Part shown: positions 37,180 to 47,754 of the stretch, piece by piece
Layout of the letters: each line of letters begins with the position of its first letter
Numbering within the stretch: position 1 is the first letter of the stretch
Origin: Clostridia bacterium
GTDB lineage: Bacteria; Bacillota; Clostridia; Oscillospirales; Acutalibacteraceae
Reading direction: 5' to 3'
NCBI GenBank assembly: GCA_017533175.1
Contig: JAFXIJ010000010.1
Coordinates: 9,678-73,677 of the forward strand
Length of the DNA stretch: 64,000 nucleotides
Notes under the pieces: model-generated
What the model was told of the DNA's origin: nothing
Database searches by the model: none
Seen by the model: the letters and a program-made list of their open reading frames with translations, nothing else
Translations under genes and position numbers: made by a program

Positions 37180-39195
37180 ATGCAGTTCAAAAGATGGTGT
37201 ATAAATACTGCTAACAAAGCAGTAGCGGAAGAAATATCCAACGAATGTAATATTCCCCCTTTTACAGCCTTAATTGCTACGGGAAGAGGCTATACCGATT
37301 TTTCGGAGCTTGACCAGCTTTTTTCTGATGAGGTAATGATTGGAGACCCGTATGAGCTTACCGATATGGACAAAGCGGTGGAGATTATTTCGGATGCAAT
37401 ATACGGCGATGAAGTGATAGCCGTGTTCGGAGATTATGATGTTGACGGAATAACCGCAACCGCACTCTTATATACCTACCTTAAAAACCGAGGCGCAAAG
37501 GTTCTTTACCTAATACCTGACCGTGCAAAAGACGGTTATGGTATGAATATTTCTGCCATAGATAAGTTAAAGGCGCAAAATGTAAATTTAATAATTACGG
37601 TAGATAACGGAATTTCAAGCTTTTATGAAATAGAATATGCCAAAAGCCTTGGTATTAAGATAGTTGTAACCGACCATCATTTACCGTCGGATAGGCTGCC
37701 CTTAGCGGATGCAATTATTAACCCTCACAGAGAGGATGATTTCAGCGAATTTAAGGAAATTTGCGGCGTTTTTGTAGCATTTAAGTTGGTTTGCGCACTT
37801 GAAGGAAAAAGCCCTGAGGAGCTTTTGTATGAATACAGTGACCTGGTAGCAATCGGCACGATTGCAGATATAATGCCATTGGTAAGTGAAAATCGTTGTG
37901 TTGTAAAAAGCGGACTGTCCTTAATAGCCGAGGGAAACAGAAGAGGAATTTCCGCGCTTTTGTCGGCGGCGGGAATTGACGCCTATTCCATAACTGCAAC
38001 AAAGGTGGCTTTTGGTATTGCTCCAAGACTTAATGCCGCAGGGAGAATGGGTGACGCAGCAAGGGGACTGGAACTTCTCATAACCGATGATGATGAAGCC
38101 GCATTTGCGTTGGCAGATATTCTTAACAATGAAAATATTCGAAGACAGGGAATCGAAAAGAAGATATTAGCCGAGGCAGTTGAAACAATAGAAAAAAGGG
38201 GCTATAAGCACAACCGCGTTATTGTGGTTGAGGGCGAAAATTGGCACAGCGGCGTTACGGGAATAGTTGCCGCAAGACTTGTTGAAAGGTACGGCAGACC
38301 TGTCATAGTGTTGGCTGTTGAAGAAGAGCTTGCAAACGGCTCTGCAAGGAGCGTTTCGGGCTTTTCAATATACAATGCAATTAGCAGCAGCTCGCATCTT
38401 TTAACAAAATACGGCGGTCACGAAATGGCGGCAGGCATTACAGTTTATAAGGAAAATATTGAGGCGTTCAGAAACGCTGTAAATGAATATGCCGCAGAGG
38501 AAAAAAGACCTTTTCAAACCTTACAAATTGACTGTAAGCTTAATCCACGCGCGCTCGATATTGCACTCACGGAAGAATTAAAGCAATTAGAACCCTTTGG
38601 TATGGGAAATCCCACACCTCTTTTTGCCATTTGCGGTGTTACATTAAAAAGAATAACACCTGTGGGGCAGGGAAAACATTTAAGGCTTGAATTTGTTCGC
38701 GATGATACACAGTTTTCAGCAATGCTTTTCGGCTGCACAAGGTCGGCGTTCGCATACGAGGTTGAGCAAAAGCTTGATATTGCAGTTACACTTGATACGG
38801 GCAATTATGCGGGAGAGCCTACCCTTACCGTAAATATTAAGGATATAAAACGCTCAAACATTAGCGAGGAGAAGCTCTTTAAGGATATTGAGTTTTATGA
38901 AGATTTTAAATCGGGAAAAAGGCTTGATTTTGAGTCGATAATACCAAGCAGACAAGAGACAGGCGATGTTTACAGAGCCCTTGTAAGTAACAGCATATCG
39001 CTTGATAAGCTTATTGTAAAAAAACTGGATACGCTGGGGTTTGCAAAGACATTAATAGCCGCAGAGGCTCTTTGCGAGCTTAAAGTATTAAGCGTTTATG
39101 AAACAGAAGGTGCACTTTGTTTAAGGGTAAATGAGTCTTCTCAGAGGGTAAACCTTGAAGACGCACCGATATTTAAAAGATTGCGAGGTGAATAG
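37180..39195 (+). CDS. recJ: Single-stranded-DNA-specific exonuclease RecJ
   Basis: 671 aa with DHH motifs (GDYDVDGITA, TVDNG, VTDHH) and a DHHA1 motif (GGHEMAAG). recJ-relA-dtd synteny. Confidence 0.93.
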   Translation: MQFKRWCINTANKAVAEEISNECNIPPFTALIATGRGYTDFSELDQLFSDEVMIGDPYELTDMDKAVEIISDAIYGDEVIAVFGDYDVDGITATALLYTYLKNRGAKVLYLIPDRAKDGYGMNISAIDKLKAQNVNLIITVDNGISSFYEIEYAKSLGIKIVVTDHHLPSDRLPLADAIINPHREDDFSEFKEICGVFVAFKLVCALEGKSPEELLYEYSDLVAIGTIADIMPLVSENRCVVKSGLSLIAEGNRRGISALLSAAGIDAYSITATKVAFGIAPRLNAAGRMGDAARGLELLITDDDEAAFALADILNNENIRRQGIEKKILAEAVETIEKRGYKHNRVIVVEGENWHSGVTGIVAARLVERYGRPVIVLAVEEELANGSARSVSGFSIYNAISSSSHLLTKYGGHEMAAGITVYKENIEAFRNAVNEYAAEEKRPFQTLQIDCKLNPRALDIALTEELKQLEPFGMGNPTPLFAICGVTLKRITPVGQGKHLRLEFVRDDTQFSAMLFGCTRSAFAYEVEQKLDIAVTLDTGNYAGEPTLTVNIKDIKRSNISEEKLFKDIEFYEDFKSGKRLDFESIIPSRQETGDVYRALVSNSISLDKLIVKKLDTLGFAKTLIAAEALCELKVLSVYETEGALCLRVNESSQRVNLEDAPIFKRLRGE

Positions 39196-39196
39196 C

Positions 39197-41395
39197 TTGG
39201 AAACATTAAAGCAAAGGTATGAGGATGATTTTAAAAGCCTTAACGAGCTTATAAATGAGCAGGATGGGAATTTTGATATTCCTATGATAAGAAGAGCTTT
39301 TGAGGTTTGCGTTTCGGCACACGAGGGGCAGTACCGCAAATCAAAAGAGGAGTATTATATCCACCCTTGCAGTGTTGCTAAAATTATAGTGGGACTCGGT
39401 ATGGATTCGGAGTCTATTGCAGCCGCCCTTTTGCACGATGTGGTAGAGGATACCAGCATTGAAATTGAGGAGATAAAGGCAAAATTCGGCGCGGATGTTG
39501 CACTTTTAGTTGACGGTGTTACCAAGATTAACAAAATTCAGTTCACCTCTCGCGAGCAACAACAGACCGAGTCGCTCCGCAAAATGCTTATTGCGATGGG
39601 TAAGGATATTCGCGTAATTATCATAAAGCTTGCCGACAGACTTCATAATATGCGAACTATTGATTTTCTTCCTGACCAAAAGCAGAGGGATATAGCGCTC
39701 GAAACGATAGAGGTATATGCTCCTATTGCGCACCGTCTTGGTATCAGTGCTATTAAGGATGAGCTTGAAGACCTTGCAATTAAGCATCTTGACCCAATTG
39801 CGTATAGGGAGATAGAAGTGTTGCTTTCAAAAAAGGAAAGCTTCCGCGAGCAAACCTTTAATATTTTAAGAGAGCGAATTGAAAAGCGCCTTAGAGAAGA
39901 AATGCCGAATGTTGAGTTTGCCTTGCAGTCGCGCGTAAAGTCCATTCCGGGAATTTACAGAAAGATGTTTATTCAGGGTAAGGACTTCGATGAAATATAC
40001 GATGTATACGCCGTTCGTGTAATAACCGAAACGGTTACCGATTGCTATAATGTTCTGGGAATAATTCATGATATGTTCAGACCTATTCCGGGAAGATTTA
40101 AGGATTATATTTCGACTCCCAAACCAAATATGTATCAGTCGCTTCACACAACCGTTTTAGGAAGAGAAGCCATACCCTTTGAAATTCAGATAAGGACCTT
40201 TGAAATGCACCACACGGCAGAGTTCGGTATTGCTGCACACTGGAAGTATAAAGAGGGCATTACCAAACGGGACAAGGGTATGGAGGATAGGCTTTCATGG
40301 ATACGCCAGATTCTTGAAAGCGATGGAGATGAGGCAAACGACCTTATCAGAACAATTAAAATTGATTTATCCCAAGAGGATGTGTTCGCGGTTACTCCTA
40401 AGGGAGATGTTATAAATCTGCCAATAGGCTCAACCGTAATTGACTTTGCCTTTGCAATACATTCGGCGGTAGGTACTAGAATGATAGGCGCCAAGGCGGA
40501 CGGTAAAATCGTTCCTATAAGCCATGTTGTAACAACCGGCGAGGTTATCGAGATACTCACAACAAATCAGGCGGGACACGGACCTTCAAGAGATTGGCTT
40601 AATATTGCCGTTACAAGTTCAGCAAAGACCAAAATCCGCTCTTGGTTTAAGAAGGAAAGACGCGAAGAAAATATTGAAACGGGCAAAAATATCCTTGAAG
40701 CTGAATTTAGAAGAAACTCAATTTTGCTTCCCGAAAATGAAATGCGCGAGTTCCTTGAAGAGCTTGCGAAAAAGCAAAAGCTTGCAAGTGTAGAGGAGCT
40801 GTATGCCTCTATCGGATACGGCGGAATTACACTTGAAAAGCTTATGCCAAGGGTTAAGGAGGACTATGTCCGCCTTGTAAACAGCTCTAAGGAGACAAAG
40901 ATAGAGGAGTATATACAAAAGCATACTCCGCGCTCGCCCGAGGGAGTAGTTGTTGAGGGAATTGAAAACTGCCTTGTAAAGCTCTCTAAATGCTGTGCCC
41001 CTCTGCCGGGTGATGATATTATTGGCTTTATTACAAGAGGCCATGGTGTTTCCGTACACAAAACCGACTGTGTCAATGTTCCGAAGGATTTGAGCAATTG
41101 CTCAGAATCGGGAAGATGGATATCGGCGCATTGGGTTGATTCGGCTAAGACCGCTAACTTTACCTCTACAATACAGATAATAGGCCTTGACCGTGACGGA
41201 CTTCTTGCTGATATTACACAGGTGCTTTTTAATATGCATGTCGGTCTGCACGCTGCAAATGCGCGGGCATTGAAGGGCGGAAACTGTGAGATTAATATTA
41301 CTGTTTCAACCGCAAGCGTAGAGCATTTAAAGAGCATTATAGCCAAGCTTAAAAAGCTTGACGGAATATTTAGCGTAGAAAGAATGAACAAATAA
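39197..41395 (+). CDS. relA: Bifunctional (p)ppGpp synthetase/hydrolase RelA/SpoT
   Basis: Contains an HD domain (HDVVEDT), a synthetase core (YRSLHTTV-like YQSLHTTVLG, FEIQIRT), and TGS and ACT regions. Start set to TTG 39197, with GAGGTG 6 nt upstream and 1 nt after the recJ stop. The track start 39155 overlaps recJ. Confidence 0.93.
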   Translation: METLKQRYEDDFKSLNELINEQDGNFDIPMIRRAFEVCVSAHEGQYRKSKEEYYIHPCSVAKIIVGLGMDSESIAAALLHDVVEDTSIEIEEIKAKFGADVALLVDGVTKINKIQFTSREQQQTESLRKMLIAMGKDIRVIIIKLADRLHNMRTIDFLPDQKQRDIALETIEVYAPIAHRLGISAIKDELEDLAIKHLDPIAYREIEVLLSKKESFREQTFNILRERIEKRLREEMPNVEFALQSRVKSIPGIYRKMFIQGKDFDEIYDVYAVRVITETVTDCYNVLGIIHDMFRPIPGRFKDYISTPKPNMYQSLHTTVLGREAIPFEIQIRTFEMHHTAEFGIAAHWKYKEGITKRDKGMEDRLSWIRQILESDGDEANDLIRTIKIDLSQEDVFAVTPKGDVINLPIGSTVIDFAFAIHSAVGTRMIGAKADGKIVPISHVVTTGEVIEILTTNQAGHGPSRDWLNIAVTSSAKTKIRSWFKKERREENIETGKNILEAEFRRNSILLPENEMREFLEELAKKQKLASVEELYASIGYGGITLEKLMPRVKEDYVRLVNSSKETKIEEYIQKHTPRSPEGVVVEGIENCLVKLSKCCAPLPGDDIIGFITRGHGVSVHKTDCVNVPKDLSNCSESGRWISAHWVDSAKTANFTSTIQIIGLDRDGLLADITQVLFNMHVGLHAANARALKGGNCEINITVSTASVEHLKSIIAKLKKLDGIFSVERMNK

Positions 41396-41847
41396 TGAAA
41401 GCAGTAATACAGCGTGTGATGACCGCATCTGTGAACATAAACGATGAGCAAAAAGCTCAAATTGAAAAGGGCTTAGTGGTTTTGCTGGGCGTAGGCAAGC
41501 AGGATACTGCTGCCGACGCAGAACTGCTTGCTAGGAAAATTGCAGCCTTGCGCATCTTTTCAGATGAAAGCGATAAAATGAACTTATCGGTTAAGGATAT
41601 AGACGGCAGTCTGCTTGTTATTTCAAATTTTACTCTTTATGCCGATACAAAAAAGGGAACAAGGCCGTCATTTGACCCTGCTATGCCTCCAAAGGAAGCA
41701 AAAGAGCTTTATGATTGCTTTTGCATTGCTCTTGCTAAGGAAGAAATACCCATTTTCACAGGCGAATTTGGAGCGGATATGCAGGTAAGCCTAGTAAACG
41801 ACGGGCCTGTTACGGTTATTTTAGACACAGGTGTTTGGAGGAAGTAA
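41395..41847 (+). CDS. dtd: D-aminoacyl-tRNA deacylase
   Basis: 150 aa with MKAVIQRV at the N-terminus and SNFTLYADTKKGTRPSF. Confidence 0.93.
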   Translation: MKAVIQRVMTASVNINDEQKAQIEKGLVVLLGVGKQDTAADAELLARKIAALRIFSDESDKMNLSVKDIDGSLLVISNFTLYADTKKGTRPSFDPAMPPKEAKELYDCFCIALAKEEIPIFTGEFGADMQVSLVNDGPVTVILDTGVWRK

Positions 41848-42477
41848 ATGTTTTTTAAAAGACTTGTTTTAGGAGCCTTTGAAACAAACTCTTATCTTTT
41901 GGGCAACGATGATGTTTCTATTGTTGTTGACCCTGCCGAGTGCGAGAGTGAAATGGTTGATTTTTTAAACTCGGCAAAGGGCGAAAGACTAATACTGCTT
42001 ACCCACGCACATTGCGACCATATTAAAGGGGCTAGTGAGCTAAGACGTCTTACGGGAAGCAAAATTGCTATTCATTTTCTGGATAGCGATGGAACAAACG
42101 ATGCCAGAATTAATCTTTCTTCTTATTTTAGCTTTAATTGTCCTTCATTTTCAGCGGATATTCTTTTAAAGGATAACGAGGTGCTTACCTTTAACAAAAC
42201 TTCTGTAACCGTACTTCATACACCAGGTCACACAAAGGGCTCAGCCTGCTTTATTATAGATAATCTTCTTATAAGCGGAGATACACTCTTTGAAATGTCA
42301 ATAGGCAGAACTGATTTTCCGTCGGGAAGCTTTGAGGAAATTATCTGCTCGTTAAACAAGCTTTCAACCCTTGATGAAAGCTTAAAGGTTTGCCCCGGTC
42401 ACGGCGAAATGACAACAATTGGAAGAGAAAAACGAAACAATCCCTTTCTAAAAGGAAATAGAAATGAATTTATGTAA
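41848..42477 (+). CDS. MBL-fold metallo-hydrolase
   Basis: 209 aa with the HxHxDH motif (THAHCDHI), HTPGHT and GDTLF. Confidence 0.85.
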   Translation: MFFKRLVLGAFETNSYLLGNDDVSIVVDPAECESEMVDFLNSAKGERLILLTHAHCDHIKGASELRRLTGSKIAIHFLDSDGTNDARINLSSYFSFNCPSFSADILLKDNEVLTFNKTSVTVLHTPGHTKGSACFIIDNLLISGDTLFEMSIGRTDFPSGSFEEIICSLNKLSTLDESLKVCPGHGEMTTIGREKRNNPFLKGNRNEFM

Positions 42478-43915
42478 CATAAATCACAGCTTTAACTATG
42501 AGCTTGAAAAGCTGTGTAGGATATTTTTACCATTTGAAAAAATTAATATCATAAATGAAATAAAGGCCGACAAGATTTACGCTGTTTGCACCATAGCTGA
42601 AAAAACTGTCACGGCAGAGCTTTTCATATCAAGTAAGAGCTATAAACATAAGGCGGAATTTAATTCCGAGGATAAAAAAGAAGCAGAGCTTGCCCTTGCT
42701 TTTTGCCTTTATAGGTGCTTTAATGAAGCCACTGGCTATAAAGCCCCGTGGGGCCTTCTTACAGGCGTGCGACCTGTTAAGCTTTACTCAAAAATGCTTA
42801 AAAGCTGCGGAGAAATTGAAACAGACAAGTATTTTAAGGAAAAACTTTTGGTAAGCGATGAAAAGCTTTCTTTGTGCAAAGAGACCGCAGAGCCTGAGCA
42901 GAATATTATAAATAAAAACTCTCGCAATTCGTACAGCCTTTATGTTTCTATACCCTTTTGTCCGTCGCGCTGTTCATATTGCTCGTTTGTTTCTCACTCG
43001 GTAGATAAAGCTCATAAGCTTATTAAGCCTTATATAGAGCTTTTGTGTGAGGAACTTAAAATTACTGCAAAAATTGCCGCAGAACTGTCATTAAAGCTTG
43101 AAACGGTGTATATCGGAGGCGGAACTCCCGTTTCTCTTGAAGCAGATGAACTCGGACAAATTATGCAGACAATAAGCGACTGCTTTGATATAAGCAATAT
43201 ATATGAATATACAGTTGAGGCGGGAAGACCCGATGCAATCACAAAGGAAAAGCTGATTGCTATAAAGCAGGGCGGTGCCACAAGAATAAGCATAAACCCT
43301 CAAACGCTGAATGATGATGTGCTTATTAAAATTGGAAGAAAACATACGGCAAAGCAAACGATTGATGCCTTTAAACTTGCGCGTGAGCTTGGGTTTGACA
43401 ATATAAACACCGACCTTATAGCAGGTCTGCCGAGTGAAAGCCTTGACAGCTTTAAAGATACAGTGGATAAAATAGCAAAGCTTTCTCCTGAAAGCGTAAC
43501 GGTGCATTCGCTCTCTGTAAAAAAAGCTTCAACGCTCAGTGCAAATTTGGAACTTCCCGAGTTTGAAAACGGAGAAACCGCCGCGTCTATGGTGCGCTAT
43601 GCAAGGCAAACCTTTACAAATGCGGGGATTTTACCGTATTATATGTATAGACAAAGTAAGACTGTGGGCAATCTTGAAAATGTGGGTTATTCTAAAAAGG
43701 GATATGAGGGGTTCTACAATGTTTATATTATGGATGAAACCCACACAATTTTAGCCTGCGGTGCCTCGGCTGTTACAAAGCTTAGAGAACCGGGCGGGGA
43801 CCTTATTGAGCGTATATACAACTTTAAATATCCTTATGAATATATCTCCCGTTTTGATGAAATGGTAAAAAGAAAAGAAAAGATTAAAGATTTTTATAAT
43901 GAACATAAAATTTAA
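42464..43915 (+). CDS. hemZ: Radical SAM coproporphyrinogen dehydrogenase HemZ-like protein
   Basis: 483 aa with the CxxxCxxC cluster (PFCPSRCSYCSF) and GGGTP. The long N-terminal extension is typical of HemZ. Confidence 0.75.
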   Translation: MNLCNINHSFNYELEKLCRIFLPFEKINIINEIKADKIYAVCTIAEKTVTAELFISSKSYKHKAEFNSEDKKEAELALAFCLYRCFNEATGYKAPWGLLTGVRPVKLYSKMLKSCGEIETDKYFKEKLLVSDEKLSLCKETAEPEQNIINKNSRNSYSLYVSIPFCPSRCSYCSFVSHSVDKAHKLIKPYIELLCEELKITAKIAAELSLKLETVYIGGGTPVSLEADELGQIMQTISDCFDISNIYEYTVEAGRPDAITKEKLIAIKQGGATRISINPQTLNDDVLIKIGRKHTAKQTIDAFKLARELGFDNINTDLIAGLPSESLDSFKDTVDKIAKLSPESVTVHSLSVKKASTLSANLELPEFENGETAASMVRYARQTFTNAGILPYYMYRQSKTVGNLENVGYSKKGYEGFYNVYIMDETHTILACGASAVTKLREPGGDLIERIYNFKYPYEYISRFDEMVKRKEKIKDFYNEHKI

Positions 43916-43942
43916 AAAAACAACGAAAGGACTATTTGACTT

Positions 43943-44308
43943 ATGAGCTTAGACAATATTATTGAAAAGGCAAAAGACATTTTCGAGACAGCATATCGTA
44001 AAACAGGAAATGCAGTAAACAACCAAAAACAAAAGTTTGATATTTCTGTGCTTGAATCAAAGTTAAAAAAGAGCTATGAAAATTTGGGAAGGGCTTATTT
44101 CGGAATGCTCCAAAACGAAGCCGATTTTGATAAAGAGTCCTTAAAGCCGATTACTGATGATATAAGCCAAAAGCTTGCTCAAATAGAAGAGGCAAGGGCA
44201 GAACTTCATAAGTCTCAGAACAAAAGTAAGTGTAAAAACTGCGGAGAGGCAATTGATAACAACTCGGCTTTTTGTAAAAATTGCGGAAGTCGGGTAGAAC
44301 CTAAATAA
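43943..44308 (+). CDS. Zinc-ribbon domain protein with N-terminal coiled coil
   Basis: 121 aa with a C-terminal CKNCGEAIDNNSAFCKNCG. Confidence 0.6.
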   Translation: MSLDNIIEKAKDIFETAYRKTGNAVNNQKQKFDISVLESKLKKSYENLGRAYFGMLQNEADFDKESLKPITDDISQKLAQIEEARAELHKSQNKSKCKNCGEAIDNNSAFCKNCGSRVEPK

Positions 44309-44334
44309 AGGTCCTATATTCTACGGAGGAAATT

Positions 44335-45057
44335 ATGAAGGATATAATCAAGGTAGGCATTGTTATTGCTGATGAATGTGAATATGAACCGCTAAGGAAT
44401 ATGAAGGATGGGCTTCAAGCTCAAAGAGCCGATTTTTATAAGCGTGAGGGACACATTTTTTCCTTTAAAAAAGAAGGAAAGCAAATCATAGTCCACACCA
44501 TTCTTTGTGGTATAGGAATGGTAAATGCCGCCGCGGCAGCAACCTTCTTGGCAACTGAGGGTTGCGATATTATTCTGAATTCGGGACTTTCGGGCGGAAT
44601 TTCGGGTATTAGCAAAAACGGACTAATGATAGGCAATAAATATATTGAGCACGATTTTGATTTAACACCGCTTGGATATAAGCCTTTCGAAAAGCCCTTG
44701 CAGAACTATATGTACAGCGCAGACAGTGAACTTATAGGTATGTTTAAAGAGCTTTATCCGGAAATAAAGGTGGGCGTTGCGGTAAGCGGCGACAGTTTTG
44801 TGAGCGATAATGAAAAAAGAGAATTCTTAAAGAATGAGCTTAATGCAATGTCCTGTGATATGGAATCTGCGGCGGTAGCGTATGTTTGTGAAAATGCAGA
44901 CATTAAATATCTTGCCTTGCGCAGAATATCGGATGATGCGGGCGATGATGCAAAGAATAGCTACAACAGTATGAATGAATTAAAGGAATCGGTATTAATT
45001 GATATTCTTCTCTCGGCAATAAGGAAAATATTTGATGTAGAAAATTTCTGGAATTAA
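44335..45057 (+). CDS. mtnN: 5'-methylthioadenosine/S-adenosylhomocysteine nucleosidase
   Basis: 240 aa with GIGMVNAAAAATFL, a SGDSFV motif and CDMESAAVA. Confidence 0.85.
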   Translation: MKDIIKVGIVIADECEYEPLRNMKDGLQAQRADFYKREGHIFSFKKEGKQIIVHTILCGIGMVNAAAAATFLATEGCDIILNSGLSGGISGISKNGLMIGNKYIEHDFDLTPLGYKPFEKPLQNYMYSADSELIGMFKELYPEIKVGVAVSGDSFVSDNEKREFLKNELNAMSCDMESAAVAYVCENADIKYLALRRISDDAGDDAKNSYNSMNELKESVLIDILLSAIRKIFDVENFWN

Positions 45058-45170
45058 ATAATTTTTAGCTTAAAATTTTATAAATTTACCTAATTTTTAA
45101 TAATTTGTGGGAAAAAATTTAAAAAAATTAATGCAAAATAGCAAAAAACAGTTGATTTTAGGTGAAAAAT

Positions 45171-45932
45171 ATGATAAAAATAAATATGGTATGTAAAGAT
45201 GAAAAATTTACAACAGACCAGCTTAATCAAATTATGGAGATTCTCCGTTCCCCCGAGGGCTGTCCTTGGGATAGAGAGCAAACGCATAAAAGTATTCGCA
45301 ACGATATGATAGAGGAAACCTATGAGGCTGCCGACGCAATCGATACGGAAGACAAGGAGGCGCTCTGCGAGGAATTGGGAGATATGCTTTTGCAGGTTGT
45401 TTTTCATTCTGCGATTGCCGAGGAGCTTGGTGAATTTTGCTATGATGATGTAGTTGACGGTATCTGCCGTAAGCTGATTTTAAGGCATCCGCACGTTTTT
45501 GGTGAAGGCATTGCCGAAACCTCTGAGCAGGTTCTTGATATGTGGGATAAAATCAAGAAGAAGGAGAAACGTCAAAGCACAGCTTCGGATACATTAAGAA
45601 GCGTACCTGCGGCGTTCCCCGCGCTTATGCGCGCCGCAAAGGTGCAAAAGCGCGTAAAGAAGGCGGGAGTTGAGCTTTCAAATCCTCTTCTAGACGGAAG
45701 AATTGATACAGCGCTGACTGCCCTTAAAAAAGCCAGTCTTGAAGGGGATAGCGAGAAAATTAACTCGGCATACGGAAAACTGCTTTTTCTTATTGCAGGA
45801 CTTCAAAATCATCAAAAGAATAACTCTGAGGAGCTTCTAAACAAGGCAACCAATGAGTTTATAGAAGCTTTTGAAAGATTAGAGTCACAGGGCGAGCTTA
45901 ACGCTCAAAAAATTATTGAAGAGTGTATTTAA
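45171..45932 (+). CDS. mazG: MazG nucleoside triphosphate pyrophosphohydrolase (YabN-like)
   Basis: Contains CPWDREQTH and [10 protein letters not shown]...[15 protein letters not shown] 45171 lies 5 nt after AGGTGA. Its position ahead of the yabO-yabP-yabQ-divIC-yabR block matches B. subtilis. Confidence 0.88.
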   Translation: MIKINMVCKDEKFTTDQLNQIMEILRSPEGCPWDREQTHKSIRNDMIEETYEAADAIDTEDKEALCEELGDMLLQVVFHSAIAEELGEFCYDDVVDGICRKLILRHPHVFGEGIAETSEQVLDMWDKIKKKEKRQSTASDTLRSVPAAFPALMRAAKVQKRVKKAGVELSNPLLDGRIDTALTALKKASLEGDSEKINSAYGKLLFLIAGLQNHQKNNSEELLNKATNEFIEAFERLESQGELNAQKIIEECI

Positions 45933-45981
45933 TGGTATTCATACGGTTTTACCGTTGAAAATAAAAAATGGAGGAATAAGA

Positions 45982-46257
45982 ATGAACAAAACAGAATTAG
46001 TTGCTGCTGTTGCCGAGAAGGCAGGCATCTCTAAGAAGGATGCTGATGCCGCTGTTGCTGCTTTTGTTGCTACCGTAACTGATGCTATGAAGGCTGGCGA
46101 CAAGATTGCTCTTGTTGGCTTTGGTACCTTCGAGGCTCGCGAGCGTGCAGCAAGAACAGGCAAGAACCCCAGAACAGGCGAAATCATCAAGATTGCTGCT
46201 ACTAAGGTTCCTGCATTCAAGGCAGGTAAGGCTCTTAAAGACGCTGTTGCAAAATAA
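45982..46257 (+). CDS. hup: DNA-binding protein HU
   Basis: 91 aa: [25 protein letters not shown]...[26 protein letters not shown]. The GGAGG RBS places the start at 45982, not the track start 45916. Confidence 0.96.
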   Translation: MNKTELVAAVAEKAGISKKDADAAVAAFVATVTDAMKAGDKIALVGFGTFEARERAARTGKNPRTGEIIKIAATKVPAFKAGKALKDAVAK

Positions 46258-46274
46258 TTTATTTAAAGTGGATA

Positions 46275-46308
46275 AAGCCGCCGATTTTTCGGTGGCTTAT
46301 ATCTTTTT
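46275..46308 (+). terminator. Terminator after hup
   Basis: AAGCCGCCGA-tttt-TCGGTGGCTT followed by ATATCTTTTT. Confidence 0.75.
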
Positions 46309-46319
46309 GGAGGATAATT

Positions 46320-46562
46320 TTGAGGTTAGATAAATATTTAAAGGTTTCAAGAATTATTAAGAGAAGAACCATAGCTAATGAAGCGTGTGATGCAGGCAGG
46401 GTATCTGTGAACGGAAGACAGGTAAAGGCATCGTATGATGTCAAAATAGGAGATATTTTGGAAATCAGCTTTGGAACAAGGACAGTAAAAGCAGAAGTAT
46501 TATCTGTTGCCGAGGTAGTAAAGAAGGATGACGCTGCATTACTCTACCGACTCATTGTTTAA
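46320..46562 (+). CDS. yabO: S4-domain RNA-binding protein (YabO/RqcP-like)
   Basis: 80 aa: MRLDKYLKVSRIIKRRTIANEACDAGRVSVNG. TTG start lies 6 nt after GGAGG. Confidence 0.88.
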   Translation: MRLDKYLKVSRIIKRRTIANEACDAGRVSVNGRQVKASYDVKIGDILEISFGTRTVKAEVLSVAEVVKKDDAALLYRLIV

Positions 46563-46612
46563 TATGAATAGAAATCCATCTGTGAAAATATAATTTTACA
46601 GGTGGTGTTTTT

Positions 46613-46882
46613 ATGTCAGGTGAAATAAATAAAGCCCAGCACAGTGTAATAATGCAGGGCAGAAAAAATCTTTCAATCTCAGGTGTAAAGGATGTAAAAA
46701 GCTTTGATGATGAAACGATTATTTTAATTACCGAAATGGGAGTTTTAAGCGTTAAGGGAAACGAGCTTAGAATAAACGGTTTCAGCACAAGCAGTGAAGA
46801 TATAAATATTGAGGGGAAAATATACGCCCTTGTTTACTCTGATGAGGCGTCGGGTGGATTCTTTAAAAGGCTGATGAAATAA
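46613..46882 (+). CDS. yabP: Sporulation protein YabP
   Basis: 89 aa containing LSISGVKDVKSFDDETIILITEMGVLSVKGNELRI, plus synteny. Confidence 0.85.
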   Translation: MSGEINKAQHSVIMQGRKNLSISGVKDVKSFDDETIILITEMGVLSVKGNELRINGFSTSSEDINIEGKIYALVYSDEASGGFFKRLMK

Positions 46883-47328
46883 TGTGGGAAATAAGTCTTA
46901 ATCATCAGGTTACAACGGTTTTATTAAGTCTTTTTATGGGTGCTGTGTTTTGCATTATATACGACGCTTTTAAGGCTATAAGACTCTTTTTTAGAATAAG
47001 TGTTACAGGAGTATTCATAAGCGATATAATCTTTTTTATAATAGCCGCACCGATTGAGTTTTGTTTCTTGCTTTCAAGATGTAACGGGGAAATAAGAGGG
47101 TTTGTTTTGGCGGTGCAGGCAGTTGGATTTATAATTTGCAAGTGCACATTTTCAAAGATTTATATAAAACTGTTAAAGTTATTGTTTTCAATGCTTAGCA
47201 AACTTTTTAGATTTATTAACCTCTTTGGTTGCAAAACTTTTGACTTTGCAGACAGAAATTTAAAAAAAATATACGCAAATTTAAAATATTTTCTAAAAAA
47301 GTCTATTTTTTCAAGAAAAAAAGGTTGA
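46882..47328 (+). CDS. yabQ: Spore cortex biosynthesis membrane protein YabQ
   Basis: 148 aa with 3-4 TM segments. The start overlaps the yabP stop. Called by synteny with B. subtilis yabP-yabQ-divIC. Confidence 0.7.
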   Translation: MWEISLNHQVTTVLLSLFMGAVFCIIYDAFKAIRLFFRISVTGVFISDIIFFIIAAPIEFCFLLSRCNGEIRGFVLAVQAVGFIICKCTFSKIYIKLLKLLFSMLSKLFRFINLFGCKTFDFADRNLKKIYANLKYFLKKSIFSRKKG

Positions 47329-47394
47329 AAATTAATATACCAATGGTGTATAATCACATTAGTGTATCTAATTTAAAATTTTAAGGAAACGGAA

Positions 47395-47697
47395 GTGACG
47401 GTAATGAGAGCTAGGACTAAGTCCCACAGCGGAAGCGTTATGCTACGAATTCTTATTATTGTTTTCTGTGCGTATTTAATTTATTCACTCGGTGGTCATT
47501 TTGTCGAGCTTAATGCTAAAAACTCGGAACTTGCCGATTTACAGATGAAGCAAGCTCAAATCGAGGCAAATATAGCAGAGCGTGAAAAGTTGCTCAGCGA
47601 AGGCACCAATGAGGAGATAATTGAAAAGGCTGCCCGTGAACGTCTCGGATATGTGTTTCCGAATGAGACCGTTTATATGGACATTTCAGGAAATTAG
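47395..47697 (+). CDS. divIC: Septum formation initiator (DivIC/FtsB family)
   Basis: 100 aa with a single TM segment (MLRILIIVFCAYLIYSL), then a coiled coil and the conserved ARERLGYVFPNE tail. Confidence 0.85.
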   Translation: MTVMRARTKSHSGSVMLRILIIVFCAYLIYSLGGHFVELNAKNSELADLQMKQAQIEANIAEREKLLSEGTNEEIIEKAARERLGYVFPNETVYMDISGN

Positions 47698-47754
47698 CAT
47701 TTTGCAAAAAACTTTTTTGTAACATATCCGTTTTTTAGGGGGAACTAAATCTTA

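Noticed and set aside
40864-41460. 198-aa antisense ORF inside relA. Similar long antisense or alternative-frame ORFs occur at 54107-54688, 27601-28077, 52490-52939, 43091-43507 and 35015-35398.
   Set aside because: Each lies entirely opposite or within a confidently identified conserved gene. They have low-complexity or odd composition and no RBS. They are typical shadow ORFs.
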